Shown: piece by piece, positions 58,768-64,000 of the stretch
How the letters are laid out: the number at the start of each line of letters is the position of its first letter
Position numbering within the stretch: the first letter of the stretch is position 1
From: an uncultured Pseudomonadota bacterium
GTDB lineage: Bacteria > Oederibacteriota > Muellerivitia > Muellerivitales > Muellerivitaceae
Length of the DNA: 64,000 bases
Assembly (NCBI GenBank): GCA_963836235.1
Contig: CAWIIP010000002.1
Coordinates: forward strand, 480,001-544,000
Direction: 5' to 3'
Notes under the pieces: generated by a model
Seen by the model: the letters and a program-made list of their open reading frames with translations, nothing else
The model's database searches: none
What the model was told of the DNA's origin: nothing
Made by a program: the position numbers and the translations under genes

Positions 58768-59904
58768 TTACTTGGCAATCACGTTATCCACTGCCACCGT
58801 AAACTTCCCAACGGTCTTAGGTTGGATATTAAAGGTGGCCACCTTACTGAAATCTTGGGGAGCTCCCTTTTTCGCGTCGGGAGGAGTGTAATAAGGGTCC
58901 AACTTGAAATCGCTTAAGGAAACCGAAACGGTCTCCCATTTTCCGCCCTTGTTTGCGGGAGTCTCCGCGACATATTGGTTGTTGTTATTGTCCTTAAGGG
59001 CTAAACCAAGAACCACAGGATCCTTGGAGTAAATCATCAAGCTAATAGTCTTGAGCCCCGTGAGATTAGCTCCCTTCCAATCGGCCCCACCTGCCCGGCA
59101 CCACATTCCGCAATATCCGCCCTGCTTTAATTCGTAAGCGATGGAAAGATATTGTTGGCCCTTCTTATTAGGATTGTCCTTAGCTGTGAAAGTAAAGGAA
59201 GATCCCTGGCTGTCTTGAAAGGTACCCCCGTTTTTAGGATCAGTGATACCAGTACAATCGAGTATCGCCGTGGAAGTTCCAGAAGAAACCATTGATACAG
59301 CGGGAGTGGCGGAAGAAACCGTACTGGCTGTTCCGGCGGAAGCAGCGGTAGATGCTGAGGCGTTCCCCGCGGTTTCAACCGGCCCGATCAATACGACGGA
59401 AGCTCCCTGCATTTGAGGCGAGAAATTCAGGTTTCCCACCTTGCTCAAATCCATAGGGTGGCCCGCGATAGCGTCCGGCGGAGTGTAATAAGGGTCCTTC
59501 GCGAATGATGATAAATTAACCGTCACCAGGGTCCAATCGGCGGAAGGAATCGTGACCTTTGTAATGTATTGGACGTTAAATGCGTCCTTGATGGCAATTT
59601 GGAGATCGCCCGGAATGGTGGCTTTAGCCATAAATTTCAGGGAAGCTGCTTTTGAAAAATCCCAGGCGCCACCGGTATAGACTCCGGCGTAACCGTTCGC
59701 CACAATATTGCAAGTCATCTTGAGAGCCTTGTCACTGCCTTTGGGACCGGCGTCATAAGTAAAATCGATCTTGGAACCGTTACTATCCTGGTAGGTTCCC
59801 GCCATGCCGGCTTGGACGGAAGTCCAATCTTGGACCACATCCGCGAAAGCGGCGGATGCTTGCAGTAAAAATCCCGCCACCAATAAGCTCAGAAATCTTT
59901 TCAT
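58768..59904 (-). CDS. Secreted protein with two CBM11/CIA30-like carbohydrate-binding domains
   Basis: Signal peptide; duplicated GT(Y/F)QDSxGS...GY.G...LSxF..DPYYTPPDA...D.SKV module separated by a Ser/Thr/Ala linker. Confidence 0.7.
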   Translation of the reverse strand: MKRFLSLLVAGFLLQASAAFADVVQDWTSVQAGMAGTYQDSNGSKIDFTYDAGPKGSDKALKMTCNIVANGYAGVYTGGAWDFSKAASLKFMAKATIPGDLQIAIKDAFNVQYITKVTIPSADWTLVTVNLSSFAKDPYYTPPDAIAGHPMDLSKVGNLNFSPQMQGASVVLIGPVETAGNASASTAASAGTASTVSSATPAVSMVSSGTSTAILDCTGITDPKNGGTFQDSQGSSFTFTAKDNPNKKGQQYLSIAYELKQGGYCGMWCRAGGADWKGANLTGLKTISLMIYSKDPVVLGLALKDNNNNQYVAETPANKGGKWETVSVSLSDFKLDPYYTPPDAKKGAPQDFSKVATFNIQPKTVGKFTVAVDNVIAK

Positions 59905-60154
59905 CTTGTTTCTCCTTAAATTTTTTCGGCTTCCAAAATTAAAACTTATCTTCAATCAAACCCAAAAATGTCAATTCCACCACAACCCAAATTGTGGCAT
60001 AAACAATGAAAGTTGAAATTTCATGGCGAACGCTCCATCCCACATAGCTGAAAAGTGAAAAAATGGAATAATTCAAGAACCAAAGAATCAGCGCCATTCG
60101 TGGAAGACTAAAGTTTTTCATCGAGCATCTCCTGAAATATAGCCGGTCTTTCAA

Positions 60155-60763
60155 CTAGGGAACGGCGATAGATTTTAAGCTAGACCTTAAAATTTCTTCA
60201 ACTGTTGATTTCTCCCCAAGCACATGAATCGAGGCCAAAACCGCCCTGCGTGACTCCGCTACCGAATATCCCAAAGTCATCATGGCTTGAATCGCATCCG
60301 AAATGTTCTTGGTTTCAACGTTAAAAACACTTTCCTCGAATAATACTCCACCACCCACCAATTTAGTTACCTTATCTTTCAGTTCCAAAACAACATGTTG
60401 AGCCGTTTTCTGTCCTATTCCGGGAATGGATTTAAGCAAAGTCAAATCATTACGAAGAATCGCCTGGTAGAAGGTTTCCGGGTCAAATGCGGAAAGGATG
60501 TTCATGGCAGCCCTAGGCCCGATACCGGAAACGGATAAGGCCAAGAGAAAAGTCTGTTTTTCAGAATCTTTCAAAAACCCGAAAAGCTGGAGTATATCCT
60601 CCCGAACATGGAGATAGGTTTTCAAAAGAACATTTTTACCGGCTGGGGGAAGGGCTTGCAGGGTTTTCTGCGACACAAAAAGTTCGTAGCCTACCCCATT
60701 AACGTCAATTTCCACCCGATCGGGAAACTTCCCGGTTAAGACTCCCTGCAAAAAGGCGATCAT
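60155..60763 (-). CDS. ruvA: Holliday junction branch migration protein RuvA
   Basis: DVNGVGYE, HVRED..QLFGF, VSGIGP, IPGIGQKTA. Confidence 0.96.
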   Translation of the reverse strand: MIAFLQGVLTGKFPDRVEIDVNGVGYELFVSQKTLQALPPAGKNVLLKTYLHVREDILQLFGFLKDSEKQTFLLALSVSGIGPRAAMNILSAFDPETFYQAILRNDLTLLKSIPGIGQKTAQHVVLELKDKVTKLVGGGVLFEESVFNVETKNISDAIQAMMTLGYSVAESRRAVLASIHVLGEKSTVEEILRSSLKSIAVP

Positions 60764-60874
60764 TACCCCTCCGAAAATCGTCGGGAGCTATTCTTTTAAT
60801 TTCCGAGTTCTCAAGTAAAAATCTCTTCAACCAAAATCTCAAAACCAAGGACCCAAAACTTTCCCTAGCGCGGT

Positions 60875-61444
60875 TTAGTCCTCTAAGAATTTAAGGTGAA
60901 CCAAGATATGCAAGAGTTCCTCGACCTGGGTTAAAGCTGGAGCTTCCTTGTTTTGAGTAGCCGCATACCAAAAAGAAATGATGTTTTGATCCAGCCAAAT
61001 ACCTTTGGTCTCGAAATCTTCATCGATGACCAAAGCCTTGTAATAATGCTCATCCAGTTCATTATCGGAAATGGGGCTTTTCAAACCCGAGGAGCGAAGC
61101 TTGATATGTTCTTTGGCTTGGTTAAAATATTTCTGGTCATCTTCGTTCAGGTTTTCAAACACCACCTGGGCCGCTTCACGGTCAATTGCTTCCAAAATGC
61201 TCTTATCAATCCAAACACCCATGGATTCCTCATCCCAAAGGTATTCATGGCCTTGGTGCTCCATAATGGTCATAGGTTGGCTGCTATCCGGACTGAGTTT
61301 TTCCGATTTTCCTTTGTTAACCGTATCCTTCGAAAAATCTTCGGCCACAACGTTGAATTTCTCGTCCGCGGGATACCCGCACTCCGGACAATAGCGGGCG
61401 TTCTCAAAAAGCTTGTTTCGGCAATTTTTACATTTCATAGACAT
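60875..61444 (-). CDS. Zinc-ribbon hypothetical protein
   Basis: CKNC...CPECG; two G(V/I)W(I/L)D motifs. Confidence 0.6.
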   Translation of the reverse strand: MSMKCKNCRNKLFENARYCPECGYPADEKFNVVAEDFSKDTVNKGKSEKLSPDSSQPMTIMEHQGHEYLWDEESMGVWIDKSILEAIDREAAQVVFENLNEDDQKYFNQAKEHIKLRSSGLKSPISDNELDEHYYKALVIDEDFETKGIWLDQNIISFWYAATQNKEAPALTQVEELLHILVHLKFLED

Positions 61445-61451
61445 AAGTCTC

Positions 61452-62024
61452 CTATCGTTTCAAAATCATTGAACCGGCAACCGGATTGCGGGAAAGCTTT
61501 TTAATCGCTTCCGATAAACGGGTCCCCGAGCATTGCGCATGCGTAATGGCAATCGCCAAGGCATCCGCCGTATCGTCAGGTTTTGGGACCTCCGTCAGTC
61601 CCAACAGCAACTTCACCATCTTTTGAATCTGCTCCTTGTCCGCGCCGCCATAGCCGGCCACGGCTTGCTTCACTTCAACCGGCTTATATTCGTAAACCGG
61701 AAGCCCGGCCAAACCACAAGCCAAAAGGGCTACTCCCCTCGCCTGCCCGACCACAATGGCCGTTTTCACGTTGCGGGAGAAAAACAACTCTTCCACGGCG
61801 ACCATTTCCGGCTTTACCTTTTTCAAAACCTTTTGCACCTGTTTGAAAATCACGGCCAGTCTTTGTTCCAACGGCTGGTGGGCTTCGGTGGTTAAGGTTC
61901 CATAAGCCAAAGCCTTCATTTGGCTTCCCTGCTGAATCACCGCTCCATAACCCATCCGGGCCAATCCTGGGTCAATTCCCAAAATCACTTTTTTCCCGGC
62001 TTGCGGAAAACTTTTATCTTTCAA
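61452..62024 (-). CDS. ruvC: Crossover junction endodeoxyribonuclease RuvC
   Basis: ILGIDPG, AVEELFF, GQARGV, PDDTADALAIA. Confidence 0.96.
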   Translation of the reverse strand: MKDKSFPQAGKKVILGIDPGLARMGYGAVIQQGSQMKALAYGTLTTEAHQPLEQRLAVIFKQVQKVLKKVKPEMVAVEELFFSRNVKTAIVVGQARGVALLACGLAGLPVYEYKPVEVKQAVAGYGGADKEQIQKMVKLLLGLTEVPKPDDTADALAIAITHAQCSGTRLSEAIKKLSRNPVAGSMILKR

Positions 62025-62763
62025 GCTTCGCCATGATTTCGTCGCTCACCTCGAAATTCGCGTATACGTTTTGGACGTCGTCATGCTCATCCAAGGCATC
62101 ATAAAGTTTAAAAACCGATTCGGCTTTTTTCTCGTCCAGGGGAACGGTAGTCTTGGGGATCAGAGTCACTTCCGCGCTTTCGGGAGTGATTTTCTGGTCT
62201 TCTATGGCCTTTTTTACTTTCTCAAAAGCCTCCGGCGGAGTCGTGATCTCATAAACATCAGATTTATCGGTTTTTAAATCTTCCGCCCCGGCCTCCAAAA
62301 CCAAACCCATGAGGTCATCTTCGCCTATGGCTTCTTTTTTGACGATAATCAGTCCCTTTTTGTCGAACATAAAACTAACCGATCCCGATTCACCCATATT
62401 TCCACCGTATTTTGAAAAAACAGAACGGATATCGGCCGCGGTCCGGTTGCGGTTATCTGATACGGCTTCCACCAAAATGGCCACTCCCGCCGGGCCATAG
62501 CCCTCGTAAAGCATTTCCTCCAGAGCCGCCCCGCCTTCGGCCCCGGTTCCTTTATTGATAGCCCTTTTGATGGTGTCCGCGGGCATACTGACTTCCTTAG
62601 CCTTTAAAATAATGGTGCGCAACCGAAGATTCGTATCCGGATCGCCACCGCTCTTAGCCGCCAATTGAATTTCCTTGGACAGTCGGGAAAAGACCTGGCC
62701 GCGCTTCTGGTCCAGCGCGCCTTTATATCTTTTGACTTTCGCCCATTTACTGTGGCCGCTCAT
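62014..62763 (-). CDS. yebC: YebC/PmpR family protein
   Basis: MSGHSKW, YEGYGP.GVA, DNRNRT, DDVQNVYAN. Confidence 0.96.
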   Translation of the reverse strand: MSGHSKWAKVKRYKGALDQKRGQVFSRLSKEIQLAAKSGGDPDTNLRLRTIILKAKEVSMPADTIKRAINKGTGAEGGAALEEMLYEGYGPAGVAILVEAVSDNRNRTAADIRSVFSKYGGNMGESGSVSFMFDKKGLIIVKKEAIGEDDLMGLVLEAGAEDLKTDKSDVYEITTPPEAFEKVKKAIEDQKITPESAEVTLIPKTTVPLDEKKAESVFKLYDALDEHDDVQNVYANFEVSDEIMAKLER

Positions 62764-63018
62764 ATCCTCATCCCATCAAATTAAAATTTTCAAACTATCT
62801 TCGTTTTTAATTTTTTAGTGGTCTTCGTTAGCTTTGTCGGCCAGAAAAACAAAGGTTTTTCGGGGATAAATTTAGTCCTAAAACGACAAAAGGCCGTTTT
62901 CTTGAAATCACCTCAAGAAAACGAACCTTTGTTGGACGAAATTATAACTGATGTTAAGACGCCAAGGCTAGAAAAAACCAGCCTTGTTTTCAAAAAAGTA
63001 ACAGTAATTTCAATTAAT

Positions 63019-64000
63019 TTAGTTCATTTTTTTCAAGGGAAGTTCTTTATCTTCCGGCAAAACTCCTGCCAAAAGAAGAACCAAAGGCGCATTCCAATTA
63101 ATCGCCACTTCATTGGAGGAATAAGAACCCTGTTCATCCAAGTAAAATCTAGCTGGAGGGCCTTTGGACAATTGGCTAAGAACCGGATCCCCAGGATGTT
63201 GATTAGGCCCTCCCGCCAAAAGCCCTGGCCATGGCTGGGGCAGCCCCAAGGCCGCACTGGGACGGTGGTGGGGATGTAGGACCGAATGGCTTCCCAATTG
63301 GGTTACAAAACAAAGAGCAAAGGTATTCCGCCCAAAAAGGTAATGAAGATTCTCCAATGCGGTGGAAAAATAATCCGGATTCAGTTTGATGCGATAGGCG
63401 GCCAAAAGCATCACGCCGAAATTGGCGGCCACAGCGTTGGAACCCCAAATATAATTATCCGCCCGGAGGCTGTGGTGGTAACCGATTTTACGAGAAGCTT
63501 CCACCACCTTATCGGCGGCATCCAGGGTTTGTTCCTGGATATCCTCGATCGTTTTGGCATCAGCTTCTTCACTATCTGAAAAGGCATAGTCCCAAAGTCC
63601 CAAATTGGCCACCGTACCCCAAGCCTGGGGCCAAAGATCGGAAACAGGATAGCGTTTATAGTTTTCAACGAAATAGCGGCCATATTCTATTTTGTCTGTC
63701 AGCCGGAACAATTCGGCCGAAGCCCAGAGGATTTCATCTCCACAATCGCCGTCCCCATAACCTCCGGTGGAAACACCCGGGGGATTTGAAAAAATCACAT
63801 TAGGATGAGCTCTCATCCACTTCCACGCCCTTTCCGAGGCCTCTTGGCATTGCTTGGCATATTGGGGAAGAAACGGTTTGTAAATACGGGCCGCCATAGC
63901 CATAACCGCCGAGAAATCGGCCGTTGCGCCAGAACTTTTAAAGGGCTCTTTACCCGTACCGATAATATAGCGTGTTCCCCCGTCATCTTTTTCCGGGGCC
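63019..64000 (-). CDS. Glycoside hydrolase family 9, C-terminal part (start beyond the window)
   Basis: ATADFSAVMA, DEILWASAELF, WGSN, YLFGRN, HPHHRPS, LAGGPN, YSSNEVAINWNAPL. Confidence 0.9.
   Translation of the reverse strand, partial: APEKDDGGTRYIIGTGKEPFKSSGATADFSAVMAMAARIYKPFLPQYAKQCQEASERAWKWMRAHPNVIFSNPPGVSTGGYGDGDCGDEILWASAELFRLTDKIEYGRYFVENYKRYPVSDLWPQAWGTVANLGLWDYAFSDSEEADAKTIEDIQEQTLDAADKVVEASRKIGYHHSLRADNYIWGSNAVAANFGVMLLAAYRIKLNPDYFSTALENLHYLFGRNTFALCFVTQLGSHSVLHPHHRPSAALGLPQPWPGLLAGGPNQHPGDPVLSQLSKGPPARFYLDEQGSYSSNEVAINWNAPLVLLLAGVLPEDKELPLKKMN

Noticed and set aside
59939-60154. 71-aa ORF in the position where ruvB is expected
   Set aside because: No Walker motifs or RuvB similarity; likely spurious.

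Overview
Bacterial chromosomal window, mostly minus-strand genes, from a diderm lineage rich in Thr/Pro-stalked secreted proteins that end in T9SS/FlgD-Ig-like domains, with a PorV-like barrel, a GH9 and a tandem CBM-like protein. Housekeeping blocks: pfkA, FKBP, msrA, mutS, miaB, scpAB, trpS, a tRNA nucleotidyltransferase, rpsP-khpA-rimM-trmD-rplS-(lipoprotein)-rnhB-yraN, yebC-ruvC-X-ruvA, tRNA-Asp(GTC), tRNA-Thr(CGT). The main accessory feature is an ~8.7 kb element integrated at tRNA-Asp (47-bp direct repeat 20994-21040 / 29673-29719). It encodes a tyrosine integrase, an Xis-like HTH protein, a replication-relaxation-like PD-(D/E)xK protein, an MNT-HEPN pair and a WG-repeat protein. It also hosts a full-length group II intron (24725-26804, minus) inserted in the arm of a long DNA hairpin. 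The intron has a ~111-nt UGGUAG-rich insertion in domain I that resembles a segment of its own downstream exon. Other highlights: a 1869-aa protein fusing a HicB-like N-terminus to a propeller, ten Ig-like repeats and a sorting-like C-terminal domain; an ECF sigma/anti-sigma pair whose anti-sigma ends in a FlgD-Ig-like domain, upstream of cargo and PorV-like genes; and an orphan flgE. All calls come from motif recognition by eye; no database searches were run.
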